DNA of 64,000 nt from Trueperaceae bacterium. Lineage in GTDB: Bacteria > Deinococcota > Deinococci > Deinococcales > Trueperaceae. The notes under the pieces were generated by a model, which was given only the letters and a program-made list of their open reading frames with translations, did not search any database and had not been told where the DNA came from. The stretch is taken from NCBI GenBank assembly GCA_965213925.1, contig OZ243927.1:384001-448000 (forward strand). The letters are read 5' to 3'. Positions 20,838 through 30,826 of this stretch are shown one piece after another. How positions within the stretch are numbered: position 1 is the first letter of the stretch; each line of letters opens with the position of its first letter. The position numbers and the translations under genes are program-made.

Positions 20838-21767
20838 TTACCCTAATAGTCCCCTCGCAATAAAAAGCATATTCGCCGGACGTTCCGCCAGGCGGCGGCT
20901 AAAGTAGCCGTACCAGTCTTCGCCGTAAGGGATGTAGATTCGGACCACGTGACCACGCTCGACCAAAGCTTTTTGTAAGTTTGGTTTGACGCCATAGAGA
21001 AACTGATACTCGTAGCTTTCCGGTCCCAACCCCGCGCCGCGAACGTACGCTTCGCTCTCGCGGACGATCGCCTCGTCGTGGGTAGCGATGCCGATTTTTG
21101 CGCCGCCTTCAAGCCCCACGTAGATCATCTCGCGGAGCTGGTCGTCGACGTCGGCTTTGTCCTGGTAGGCGACGTCGTCGCCCTCTAAGTATGCGCCCTT
21201 GACCACGCGGATGGTGGGCTTGGGGTCTAGCTCGAGCAAGGACTTGAGGTCGTCCAACGTCCTATAGAGGTAGCTCTGCAGCACGGTCGAGACGTGATGA
21301 TAGCCCTCACTATGGAGCGCGCGGTAGAGGTCCAAGGTGCCATCTACAAAGGGCACGTTCTCCATGTCTAAACAGATGTCGGCGTCGATTTCGCGCGCGC
21401 GTTCGGCAACGCGGCGAGCGTTTTCAATGGCTAAGTCCAAGCTCACGCCCAGTCCGAGTTGGGTCGGCTTGACGCTCATGTAGCGCTCGACCTCCCGCTC
21501 GGCGAGCCCGTCTAACGTGGAGAGAATCTCTTTTGTCATCGCCTCCGCGCCCTCTTCGGTATCGACGAACTCGCCCAAGAGGTCGAGGATGGCGGCTAGG
21601 TCTCTCTGCTCTAGCTCCTGTACGGATTTCATCACTTCGGGCAGCGATTCCCCGGCGACGAAGCGCCCCACGCCGAGTCGCCAGCCCTGTTTTTTGATAA
21701 AGTTCGATATAGGCGGCGCGTCAGCGACGCCTAGCACGCTGCTTTTATACAGTGAGGCGAAACTCAC
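20838..21767 (-). CDS. Proline dehydrogenase (monofunctional); start approximate
   Basis: RFVAGE, DLLGE, VVKGAY, IATHD, YFSRRLAERPAN. Confidence 0.9.
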   Translation of the reverse strand: MSFASLYKSSVLGVADAPPISNFIKKQGWRLGVGRFVAGESLPEVMKSVQELEQRDLAAILDLLGEFVDTEEGAEAMTKEILSTLDGLAEREVERYMSVKPTQLGLGVSLDLAIENARRVAERAREIDADICLDMENVPFVDGTLDLYRALHSEGYHHVSTVLQSYLYRTLDDLKSLLELDPKPTIRVVKGAYLEGDDVAYQDKADVDDQLREMIYVGLEGGAKIGIATHDEAIVRESEAYVRGAGLGPESYEYQFLYGVKPNLQKALVERGHVVRIYIPYGEDWYGYFSRRLAERPANMLFIARGLLG

Positions 21768-22036
21768 AGTGAGCCCCGGTCGCCCTGAGGGTTGCATAAA
21801 CGGCGCATATCTGTTAAACCTATAAGAATCATGCACTATTGTAGCGGATACGAGACCCTTTAACAAGCTTAACTCGTGGTGCGTTTCGAGTACGCGCGTA
21901 CCCAGCAAAGTTAAACTTCGCATAGTCCCGTCCGAAAAGTGTTGATAAGCTCAGGTATGATTGGAACGCCAACCCATGTCTATACGTTCTCTAAAGCGGG
22001 TGCCCTACTGAGCCCCCTACACTCCGGAGAGGTCGT

Positions 22037-22699
22037 GTGAAACTCTTTTTTATTCGTCACGGCGAGACAGACTGGCACGCCCTAGAAGCGCGGGGTATCC
22101 GCGGCTGGGCGCGCTCGTTTGCGCCGCTGACACAGCTCGGGCGGATGCAGATCAGCGTGATCGCCAACGACTACCGCTTAGAGGAAGCCGAGGGCATTCT
22201 CTGCTCGTCCTACGCGCGCGCGCTAGAGTCCGCGGGTATCTTGAGCCGCTCGCTCAACCAGCCCTTTTACGTCGAATACGACCTGCACGAATGGCTGCCG
22301 CAAAAAGACCCTTTAGGCGACGTCGACGAGCAGATTCAGCAAGAGGCGAACAAGCAGCTCAGCTACTACACGGGCTTTATCCCCTTCGCGGACAGGCGCA
22401 TGAATAGAGATTCGGGCAGCGCGCCCGCTGTGGACCGCCGCACGCCCGTGCGCGAGCGCGAAGTGCCGCCCCCCGACGCCCGCAGTTGGGAGAGCGTCGA
22501 AGAGGTGCGCGAGCGCGTCCTAGGCGTACTGAGCCGCTATCAACACATGGAGACCTTGATCGTCGTGTCGCACGCGGTGGTGATCACCAGCATGTTAGGT
22601 CAGCAGCGCCAGATCGAGCACGCCGAAATCGTACCCATGCACGTGGACTTCAGCGCGCCGACGCCCGTGATTACCGAGCCGCGGGAGCGGGTAGGGTAA
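22037..22699 (+). CDS. Histidine phosphatase family protein
   Basis: FIRHGET and VVSH motifs. Confidence 0.85.
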   Translation: MKLFFIRHGETDWHALEARGIRGWARSFAPLTQLGRMQISVIANDYRLEEAEGILCSSYARALESAGILSRSLNQPFYVEYDLHEWLPQKDPLGDVDEQIQQEANKQLSYYTGFIPFADRRMNRDSGSAPAVDRRTPVREREVPPPDARSWESVEEVRERVLGVLSRYQHMETLIVVSHAVVITSMLGQQRQIEHAEIVPMHVDFSAPTPVITEPRERVG

Positions 22700-22788
22700 A
22701 GCAGAGAAAAGGTGAAAGGACTGAGGACTGAGTAGAAAAACCACTCAGTCCTCAGTCCTTTTCTCTTTAACCTGTTTTAGACTAGCCC

Positions 22789-23394
22789 ATGATCTCACAT
22801 CCGCTCGTTTTAGAAGGTCGCGTCGTCCGCTTAGAGCCCCTAGCCGAAGCGCACATTCCCGCGCTCATGGATATCGCCAAAGCGACGCCCGAGCTTTTCA
22901 AATACACCTCCACGCCTGTCACTGACGAGCAAGCTGAAGACTACTTCGCTAGGGCCTTTGAGGAGCGGGGCGAGGGGCGGGCGTATCCCTTCACTCTCTT
23001 TCATAAACTGGGGGACAACTCGGAGGGCAAGATCGTTGGGACGAGCCGCTTCGCGGATATCGTGCCGCGTCACCGCAACGCCGAACTCGGCTTTACCTGG
23101 CTGACGCCTAAAGTGCAGGGCACGAGCGTCAACGTAGAGAGCAAATACCTGATGCTTAGGCACGCCTTCGAGGTGCTCGACCTCTTGCGCGTTCACATCA
23201 TCACCGACACGCGCAACGCGCGCTCGCAGCGGGCGATCCGCGCCCTCGGTGCACAGTACGAAGGAACCCTGCGGGCGCACCACGTCGCCAAAGGGGACTA
23301 CGTCCGCGACACGATGGTCTTTTCGATCATCTATAGCGACTGGCCGAGCGTCAAGGCGCACTTAGAGGCGCGAATGGAGGCGAAGCGCGCCTGA
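22789..23394 (+). CDS. GNAT N-acetyltransferase (RimJ/RimL-like)
   Basis: NAELGFTW, NARSQRAI...GAQYEG. Confidence 0.85.
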   Translation: MISHPLVLEGRVVRLEPLAEAHIPALMDIAKATPELFKYTSTPVTDEQAEDYFARAFEERGEGRAYPFTLFHKLGDNSEGKIVGTSRFADIVPRHRNAELGFTWLTPKVQGTSVNVESKYLMLRHAFEVLDLLRVHIITDTRNARSQRAIRALGAQYEGTLRAHHVAKGDYVRDTMVFSIIYSDWPSVKAHLEARMEAKRA

Positions 23395-23408
23395 AAGGTC
23401 GGGGCGCG

Positions 23409-24674
23409 TTAGAGAGGGTCGAGCTGTACCCACAAGCCGTTTTTAGGGTGGACGGTGTTGCCGGTTTCTTCTACGGGCGAGGTCCAAGCGGCCCGGACGT
23501 CGTAGCGCTGCAGCAGCCTGATAAGGCTCACTTTGAGGATCATAGAAGCGAGCGACGCGCCGATGCAGTAGCGCGAGCCGCCGCCGAAAGGGAGATAGGC
23601 GAAAGGTGGCGGCTTGTCGACCTCTTCGCTCTCGGCGTTCCAGCGTTCGGGATTGAAGCGCAAGGGGTCGCGGTAGGGCACCAGGCGGTGGGTGAGGTGG
23701 GGCGAAAATGCCACTAGGCTTCCCTTTTTGAGCCTGTAGCCGCCGTATTCCAACTCCCTGTCCGCTTGCCGCAAGCCCGCCGGGGCGGGCGGGTAGAGCC
23801 GCAACGTCTCCTTGACGACGCGCTCCAAGTAGGGGAGCGCGAGGGAGGTGAGCGTCAGTTCTCCTAGCGCGCCGACCTCTTCGCGTAGGCGGACCAGAGT
23901 CGCTGGGTTCGCGAGCAGCGCGTACACCGCCCAACAGAGCGCGGCGCTCGTGGTGTCGAAGCCCGCCGAGACGAGGCTCACGGCTTGGTCGCGCACCTCT
24001 CTATCAGAAAGACCCTCGCCCGTTTCGTCCTTCGCCTCTAGCAGCATTCCGATAACGTCGTCTGCGGGCTCACCCTTGCGCCGCCGCGCGATCTCGCCGA
24101 AGAGCAGGGCGTCCGTTTGACGCCTCGAGCTGAGAAAGCGCTGCCAGGGCGTTCCCGGCAGCGGGACCTTGAGCTGCTGCGCCAAAAAGGGCAGGTTCGC
24201 GAAGCGCATCATCGCGCCGACGTGCGTCACAAGCTCGGGCGTACGCGAGAGCGTCTCGCGCCCTAAGAGCGTCTCGCAGATGATGCTCAAGATGCTCGGG
24301 CGGACCGCGCTGTAGAGGTCGAAGGGTCGCCCTAGAGGAAGCGCCGTGAAGAGGTCGTTTAAGCGTCTGTCTATCGCCCGGACCAGCCCCGTGAGGCGCT
24401 GGCGGTGGAAGGCGGGTTGCACCAACCGGCGGCGGCGCAGGTGCGCGGGCTCGTCGCTGGTGATAAGCGCGTAGTCGCCTGTGATGGGACGCAAAAAGCG
24501 GTACGCGCGGCGCAGGGTGAAGTGCGCCGCTTCGTCTTGCAACACGAAGCGGTTAGCGTCCGCGCCGATGAGCCAAGTGAAGCGCAGCGCGCCGAAGCCG
24601 AAGGCGAACACGGGGCCGTAACGTTCGAAGAGCGTCGTCACGGCGGCGTTGGGATACGACGCGGCGCGTTCCAT
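23409..24674 (-). CDS. Cytochrome P450
   Basis: AGFDTT, KETLRLYPP, FNPERW, FGGGSRYCIG heme motif. Confidence 0.95.
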   Translation of the reverse strand: MERAASYPNAAVTTLFERYGPVFAFGFGALRFTWLIGADANRFVLQDEAAHFTLRRAYRFLRPITGDYALITSDEPAHLRRRRLVQPAFHRQRLTGLVRAIDRRLNDLFTALPLGRPFDLYSAVRPSILSIICETLLGRETLSRTPELVTHVGAMMRFANLPFLAQQLKVPLPGTPWQRFLSSRRQTDALLFGEIARRRKGEPADDVIGMLLEAKDETGEGLSDREVRDQAVSLVSAGFDTTSAALCWAVYALLANPATLVRLREEVGALGELTLTSLALPYLERVVKETLRLYPPAPAGLRQADRELEYGGYRLKKGSLVAFSPHLTHRLVPYRDPLRFNPERWNAESEEVDKPPPFAYLPFGGGSRYCIGASLASMILKVSLIRLLQRYDVRAAWTSPVEETGNTVHPKNGLWVQLDPL

Positions 24675-24711
24675 GACGCGCAGGTGGTCTAAGCCTGCTG
24701 GTGCGGGGGGG

Positions 24712-25407
24712 TTAGCGGACGCCGTGCAAAATCTCCTCGAGCCCCTCTGGATCGTCGATGAACACTTCGCGCGGCTTCGTGCTGATGACCGACTCGCCCT
24801 CCAGCGCTTTAAGCGCCCGCGTCACCGTCTCGCGGCTCGTCCCCGCTAGGCTCGCCAGCTCCTGGTGGGTGAGCCGCAAAAGGGCGGTCCCTTCGTCGGC
24901 GAAGTCGATGAGGCCGCCCCTGTAGAGCCGCAGCAGCACGTAAGCCACGCGCCCTTGCGCGTCCTTATAGGACAAGACCTGCGCCTCGTCGCCCATGCCG
25001 CGCAGCCTTTGCGCTAGCGTGTAGGTGACGTTCAGGTTGATGCTCGGGTACTCGCTGATGAGCTTGTTGAAGTCGTCTTTGAAGAGCATGTAGACGAGCG
25101 TCTCGCGGATGGAGATGGCGGCGGCGCTGCGCCCCTGCTCGCCCAAAAGCGCCATCTCGCCGAAGAACTCGGGCGGTTTCAACACCGCTAAGGTCTTTTC
25201 GTGACCTTCTAGGTCGATCTTGTAGAGCTTGACCATGCCTTCAGCGAGGATGTAGAGCACCTCGCCCAGGTCGCCCTCGCGGAACAAGATGTCGTCTTTG
25301 CCGACGCGCTTAGGTTGCAAAGACTCGGCGGCGATATCCAGAGCGCGCTCAGGCGCGCCCCTAAAGAGCGGAACCCGCGAAAGAAAGTGGGTGAATTGAG
25401 ACGCCAT
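24712..25407 (-). CDS. Crp/Fnr family transcriptional regulator
   Basis: FFGEMALL...RSA cNMP domain; GTSRETVTR HTH. Confidence 0.92.
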   Translation of the reverse strand: MASQFTHFLSRVPLFRGAPERALDIAAESLQPKRVGKDDILFREGDLGEVLYILAEGMVKLYKIDLEGHEKTLAVLKPPEFFGEMALLGEQGRSAAAISIRETLVYMLFKDDFNKLISEYPSINLNVTYTLAQRLRGMGDEAQVLSYKDAQGRVAYVLLRLYRGGLIDFADEGTALLRLTHQELASLAGTSRETVTRALKALEGESVISTKPREVFIDDPEGLEEILHGVR

Positions 25408-25618
25408 CAACCGTTCACTTTCGCGAGGTGCTGCGCGTCTACACGCCGCGCCATGTTTTCCTTTAAGGGATTGGTGAAGAGAACAGACGCGACTATCCCG
25501 CTCCGCCCTGTACACCCCGATTGATCACTTCTAGAACTCGTCATTAGCACCTAGCCTAGCATAGCGCTGTGCGCGGTTACAGGGGTTTGGGGCTACTGTG
25601 GTTATATTAACGTCCGTG

Positions 25619-26332
25619 ATGCCAAGCCGAGCCCGAGACGCCGACCGCCCCCCCCTACGCTGCGCCGAGGTAAGCCGCACGTTCGACACGCCGGAGGCGC
25701 GCTTAGAGATTCTTAAAGAGGTCAACCTGACCCTGCACCCTGCCCAAGTCGTCGCTATCTTAGGACCCTCGGGCTCGGGCAAGAGCACGCTCTTGCACCT
25801 CTTGGGCGGTTTGGATAGACCCACGTCAGGTGAAATCTACTGGGGCGAGCGCTCCGTCCACGACCTGGACCAGCGCGTGCTCGCACGCTTACGCACCCGT
25901 GAGATAGGGCTCATCTTTCAGCAGCACTACCTCTTGGAAGACTTGAGCGTGCTCGAGAACGTGACGCTGCCGGGGCGCATCGGCGGCGAGGTAGACGCGG
26001 CGAGAGGTCGGGACTTGCTCCGCCGGGTGGGGCTCTCGGAGCGCACGAGCTTCTTGCCCAAAAAGCTCTCGGGCGGCGAGCGGCAGCGCGTGGCGGTGGC
26101 GCGGGCGCTCTACAACCGCCCCGGCGTCGTCTTGGCGGACGAGCCGACCGGGAGTTTAGACCGTAAAAGCGCCAAAGCGGTGTATGAACTCCTCGTCGAG
26201 CTGGCGCGCGACGAGGGGAGCGCGGTCCTGATGGTCACGCACGACGAAGGCTTGGTGGAGCAGGTGGACGCCCGCTACCACTTGGATGAGGGCGTGCTCG
26301 TGCCGGAGGTTGGAGCTGTGCGTGAGGGTTGA
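25619..26332 (+). CDS. ABC transporter ATP-binding protein (LolD-like)
   Basis: GPSGSGKST, LSGGERQRVAVARAL, DEPTG. Confidence 0.9.
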   Translation: MPSRARDADRPPLRCAEVSRTFDTPEARLEILKEVNLTLHPAQVVAILGPSGSGKSTLLHLLGGLDRPTSGEIYWGERSVHDLDQRVLARLRTREIGLIFQQHYLLEDLSVLENVTLPGRIGGEVDAARGRDLLRRVGLSERTSFLPKKLSGGERQRVAVARALYNRPGVVLADEPTGSLDRKSAKAVYELLVELARDEGSAVLMVTHDEGLVEQVDARYHLDEGVLVPEVGAVREG

Positions 26333-26501
26333 GGTCTATAGGCTGATGGATGCTAGATGTTTTTGCTCGAGTCTTCTCCAACGGTAAACGGTTTAGCGTA
26401 GTAGCTTTCTCTGGAATGACACCGATATCAAAGCCAGGGATTGAAACCCCTTGTTCATCACATATTGTTTGTTCATCACATAGAGACGGCAGAAGGAGTA
26501 C

Positions 26502-27395
26502 ATGGCGGCATTCAACCTAGAACCACGACCCGGTTTAGATACAAAGAGGCGTCTAGGCGTCGCGCTCGGCGGCGGTACGGCTAGAGCCTACGCGCACGTG
26601 GGAGCCCTCCAGGTTTTAGAGGTCCACACTCCCGGTGTGCTCGCGGGGACGAGCTACGGGGCGCTCATCGCAGCGCTCTACGCGCTAGAGCCGGACGCGA
26701 AGAGAATCGCGCGGTGGGCGAGTGGACAGGACATGCTCACGTGGTGGTCGCGCAACCTGGACGCGGGCTTTTCCAGGGCGAGTTTGGTCGCTGGGGAGAA
26801 GATCGAGCGCTGGTTAGACGAGCTTTTCGGCGGCGCGACCTTCGCGGATACGCGCCTCCCGCTCCTCATCGCCTGCACGGACGTGGACACGGGCGAGCTG
26901 GTCCTCTTGCGAGAGGGCTCCCTCGCGCGGGCGGTGCGAGCGAGTTGCGCCCTACCAGGGCTCTACGCCGTGCCCGAGGTGGCGGGGCGGCGGCTCGTCG
27001 ACGGCGGCTTCGTGATGCCCGTGCCCGCCGCGCCTCTTTTGGACTTGAGCGAGGTCGTCGTCGGGCTACACGCCGGTGTCGAGGTCGAACGCGCCGCGTC
27101 CATCCGCCTACTGAAGAGGTGGCAGGGCTCGAACCTCGGTCAAGCCTTCTACGCCCGCGTCACGCATTCAAAACGCCGAAACGCTTGGAGCGCCCTCGGT
27201 AAAGGACTCGCCCACGCCGCCGCCTCGTACAGCCGCGCCGCCCCCGTCCCGAGCGACTGTCTGCTCGTCAAGACCGCGCCGCCGGTAGCCTGGTGGGACT
27301 TTCACAAGTCGGATATGGCAGTGGCGGCGGGCGAGCGGGCGATGCGCGCGGCGCTGCCGGAGTTAGAACGGCGTTTAGGCGGTAAGCTAGCCTGA
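26502..27395 (+). CDS. Patatin-like phospholipase
   Basis: LGGGTAR, GTSYG, DGG motifs. Confidence 0.85.
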   Translation: MAAFNLEPRPGLDTKRRLGVALGGGTARAYAHVGALQVLEVHTPGVLAGTSYGALIAALYALEPDAKRIARWASGQDMLTWWSRNLDAGFSRASLVAGEKIERWLDELFGGATFADTRLPLLIACTDVDTGELVLLREGSLARAVRASCALPGLYAVPEVAGRRLVDGGFVMPVPAAPLLDLSEVVVGLHAGVEVERAASIRLLKRWQGSNLGQAFYARVTHSKRRNAWSALGKGLAHAAASYSRAAPVPSDCLLVKTAPPVAWWDFHKSDMAVAAGERAMRAALPELERRLGGKLA

Positions 27396-27396
27396 T

Positions 27397-28617
27397 ATGC
27401 CAGACATGTACGTGTTTCGCGACCTCGCCCAGACCTCTTGGTTCATTGCCTTGCAACGCCTCCAGAGCGCCCTCGAGACGAAAGACACTGAAGCGGTTAA
27501 GGGCGCTTACGCCTCGCTCTACGCGGCGCTGACGGACGCCAACGCACCCGATTTGACGAGCGCGGCGGTTCAAGATTTGCTCTATTTGGACTCGAGCCTC
27601 GCCCGCACGGTGATGTCTTTAGGCGTAGCGTCTTCAGAAGTTATTGAGGAGATTTCCGTTGGATTGCTGCATGGTAGTTATCACGACCTTCGCACCCTTC
27701 TCGCCTTGCTAAAACGCGACTGGTACCAAGAGGTCTGTGAGCGAGTAGGGGAGAGTCTGCCGCCCCTGGTCGAGCTTGCGCCCGACGAGAAGCCTCGAGC
27801 GCTGCCCGACCTGAGCCGACGAGACGCCGAAGAGGTCCTGGCTGAACTCACCGCGCACTATCAGCAGCACGGCTCGGGGCTGCTCGCCCGCTACCACGCT
27901 TTTCGCTGGACGGGAGGGCGCTTAGAGGGTGTCGCGCATCCCGCTCGCCCTGCGCTGTCGCGGCTCGTCGGTTTAGAGAGACCGCTCGCCCAACTAGTCC
28001 AAAACACCGAAGCTTTTTTAGCGCGTAAGCCCGCCCAGCACACGCTCCTCTACGGACCGCGCGGCAGCGGCAAGTCCAGCGCTGTGAAGAGCCTGCTGCC
28101 GCGCTACGCCGAACGCGGCTTGCGCCTCGTCGAGCTGCCCGCCGCGCACGTCGACCTGCTCAGCGTCACCGAGCGCTTACGCGGACGCCCGCACCGCTAC
28201 CTCCTCTTCGTGGATGACCTCAGCTTCGGCGAGGGTGACACGGGCTACGCACCTCTTAAAACGCTCCTGGAGGGCTCGCTGACGGAGCGCCCCGACAACG
28301 TCCTCGTCTACGCGACGAGCAACCGCCGCCACCTCGTCACGGAGCGTTTCTCGGACCGACCCGACCTCTTGAACGACGACGTTCACGCCTGGGACACGCA
28401 GCACGAGCGCCTCGCCTTGGCGGACCGCTTCGGCTTGACGCTGACTTTTCCCAACGCCACGCAGTCGCGCTATTTAGAAATCATGCGAGGTCTCGCGGCG
28501 CGAGAGGGTTTGGTTACAGACGACTTAGACGCCAGGGCGATCCGCTTTGCCGAGTGGGGCAACGGCTATTCGGGGCGCACGGCGCAGCAGTTTGTAGATC
28601 AACAGCTCGCGGAGTGA
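27397..28617 (+). CDS. DUF815 family AAA+ ATPase
   Basis: GPRGSGKSS, FVDDLSF, YATSNRRHL, SGRTAQQF. Confidence 0.88.
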   Translation: MPDMYVFRDLAQTSWFIALQRLQSALETKDTEAVKGAYASLYAALTDANAPDLTSAAVQDLLYLDSSLARTVMSLGVASSEVIEEISVGLLHGSYHDLRTLLALLKRDWYQEVCERVGESLPPLVELAPDEKPRALPDLSRRDAEEVLAELTAHYQQHGSGLLARYHAFRWTGGRLEGVAHPARPALSRLVGLERPLAQLVQNTEAFLARKPAQHTLLYGPRGSGKSSAVKSLLPRYAERGLRLVELPAAHVDLLSVTERLRGRPHRYLLFVDDLSFGEGDTGYAPLKTLLEGSLTERPDNVLVYATSNRRHLVTERFSDRPDLLNDDVHAWDTQHERLALADRFGLTLTFPNATQSRYLEIMRGLAAREGLVTDDLDARAIRFAEWGNGYSGRTAQQFVDQQLAE

Positions 28618-28618
28618 G

Positions 28619-28846
28619 TACAGCGTTAATTTAATTAAGTTTCGCAACGCTGTTGTCACCCCGAGCGGAGCCCTTGACAGGATAGACTCCGCCCTACGGT
28701 GAACGTAGGATAGACTCCGTCGAGGGGTCTCGCCTCGCACTCTCTCGCTAAGGAGAAGGCAAATGCAGAGATTCTTTCGCGGAGTCTATCCTATAGCTTG
28801 CTGTAGGGCTCAGAATGACATGGTTCATTATTTGGTTGACAGAGTA
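28619..28846. repeat. REP/REPIN-like intergenic element, copy 1
   Basis: GTCACCCCGAG...GGGTCTCG...GAGATTCTTT...CAGAATGACA core shared with 37928-38110 and 58749-58898. Confidence 0.75.
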
Positions 28847-29048
28847 GTGAGTGGGCATTTCGCTTAAAAAGCGTTCACTAAACCTCAATGAAGGTCACAT
28901 AGGTCCCTTGAGGTACGTTCAAAAAGTCAAGAGGTAGTTAGGCTGGACCCACACTGCTCATACGGCGCTCTAATAGACTCGAGTCCACGACCACGCCGGG
29001 TAGTCATACGTACGGGTGGTTGCACGTAATACACATAAAGGTGACAAG

Positions 29049-30083
29049 ATGGCTAGAATACCCCTCGCACTCCTCCTCTTACTCTTAGCCGCGTGCAGCT
29101 TCGCACCGCTCCGCTATACGGTCAACTTGCTCGACCAGCTACCCAACCAGACCTCGGGCAGCTTCACGCTGGACACTTCGGCTTCGGCGCTCGACCTCTT
29201 GCCGCTTTTAGCGAGCCGAACGGGGCGTTTTAGCCAGAGCTTGCCCGCGGGGAGCGTGGACGTTCCGCTCAACGTTACGCTGCCGAGTGCGGCGGGGCAG
29301 CCTATCGATTTGAGTAATGAGCCGCTGCCGGTGACGCTCAAGGGCGCAACCGTACGCTACACCCTAGACCTAACCAGCGAAAACCTGTCGGGCACCTTGG
29401 AGGTGCAGCCTTATTTAGCTCCGGCTGGAAGCGACGCGGTGAACCGTTCTGCGTACGCGCTCGGCGACGCGCAGCGCGTGACCTTGGGGGAGACGACCAC
29501 GCTGCAAGCGGACGTGACCTTAAACGAGGCGCAACTCGCGGGCATCAACGACAGGAGCCTGCGCTTGGCGCTCGGCGTGTCGGGTGAGGCGGGCGTGGCG
29601 TCGGCGGGCGAGGTCGTGTTGGGTTACGAGTTTTCGGAGTTGTCCGTGGACGTAGGTGCGGTGGGCGCGGCGACCAACGCGCGACTGCCGGACGCGGACG
29701 GTCAGTTTCTCGACTTCACCGGGGTGGACGTGCCGGGTCCGGGTCGGCTCATCGGCGCGAAGCTCAACTACGATTTGACGCTCAGCCATGACGCCGACTC
29801 GAGCGGCACCCTGAGCGCCCAGGTCTACGTCGCCCCGCCAGGCGACGACCTCTTGTGGCAGGCAAAGTACCTCTTCGACGAGCGCAGCGTCATGACCTCT
29901 CAGCAGCAGATTAACGTAGCGGGGCAGGCGAGCCTAGGCGACGCGCAACGCCCCATTTTGAGCGAGCAACAGCTCCGCATCGGTGTTCGCATCTTCGGTG
30001 ACGCCACTGCGGAGGTCGGCGAAGCGATTACGGTGACGTACGAAATGGACCGGCTCGACTTGAGGGTGAGCTACGCGCTTTAA
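29049..30083 (+). CDS. Hypothetical lipoprotein with two internally repeated domains
   Basis: LLLAAC lipobox; SGTLEVQPYLAP / SGTLSAQVYVAP duplication. Confidence 0.7.
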   Translation: MARIPLALLLLLLAACSFAPLRYTVNLLDQLPNQTSGSFTLDTSASALDLLPLLASRTGRFSQSLPAGSVDVPLNVTLPSAAGQPIDLSNEPLPVTLKGATVRYTLDLTSENLSGTLEVQPYLAPAGSDAVNRSAYALGDAQRVTLGETTTLQADVTLNEAQLAGINDRSLRLALGVSGEAGVASAGEVVLGYEFSELSVDVGAVGAATNARLPDADGQFLDFTGVDVPGPGRLIGAKLNYDLTLSHDADSSGTLSAQVYVAPPGDDLLWQAKYLFDERSVMTSQQQINVAGQASLGDAQRPILSEQQLRIGVRIFGDATAEVGEAITVTYEMDRLDLRVSYAL

Positions 30084-30826
30084 CTCTCTTTCGCCGCGTT
30101 CAGCCAGCCCTCCAGCCACGTCTCGGCGTGCGGCATCCCGCTCTCCCGCGCAGCCTGAAGCAGCGGCGTCACGTCGTAGGGGACGCGCCGGAAAGTGAGG
30201 CTCGGCTGACCCTGAACGGCGTCAAGGAGCGCGTACTCCGCCCAATGCGGGTTCACCGCGCCCTCGGCTCCCCTGAAGTAAGCGAAGGGCAAACCGACGC
30301 TGCCGGGGTTGACGAGAAAGCCCTCCTTGTAGCGGCGCAAGAGCTGCGTGTGCGTGTGACCGCCCGCCATGACTTGCGCGTGTTCGCCCGCAAAGAGGTC
30401 GTCTAACGTTTCCTCCGGCGTCGTCGCAATGATGACGTCGTCGAAGGACTTGGGCGAGCCGTGAAAGCAGAGGAGAGAGGTTCCGTCCACGTCCACATTC
30501 AGCGTCGGCTCGAACGTGCGCACGAACGCGGCGTCCTCCTCCGTCATCTGCTCGGCGCACCAGCTTTCGATGTCGAAAATGAGCTGGGCGTCGTCGCCTG
30601 TGACCTCTTCGCGTTGACGTGGCTCGAGCAGTGACGCATCGGTGTTGCCCATGACGACCGGGCACCCCAACGCCTTCACGCCCGCTAGCGCCTCGCGCAG
30701 CTGCGGACCGAAGTTCGCCACGTCTCCCAAGCAGACGATTCTCTCCGTACCCGTCTGCTCGATATCTCTAAGAACTGCCTCCAAACCGGGCAAATTCCCG
30801 TGAATGTCGGCGATGAGCGCGATCAT
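30080..30826 (-). CDS. Metallophosphoesterase
   Basis: DIHGN, LGD, GNTD, HGSP, GHTH. Confidence 0.9.
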   Translation of the reverse strand: MIALIADIHGNLPGLEAVLRDIEQTGTERIVCLGDVANFGPQLREALAGVKALGCPVVMGNTDASLLEPRQREEVTGDDAQLIFDIESWCAEQMTEEDAAFVRTFEPTLNVDVDGTSLLCFHGSPKSFDDVIIATTPEETLDDLFAGEHAQVMAGGHTHTQLLRRYKEGFLVNPGSVGLPFAYFRGAEGAVNPHWAEYALLDAVQGQPSLTFRRVPYDVTPLLQAARESGMPHAETWLEGWLNAAKES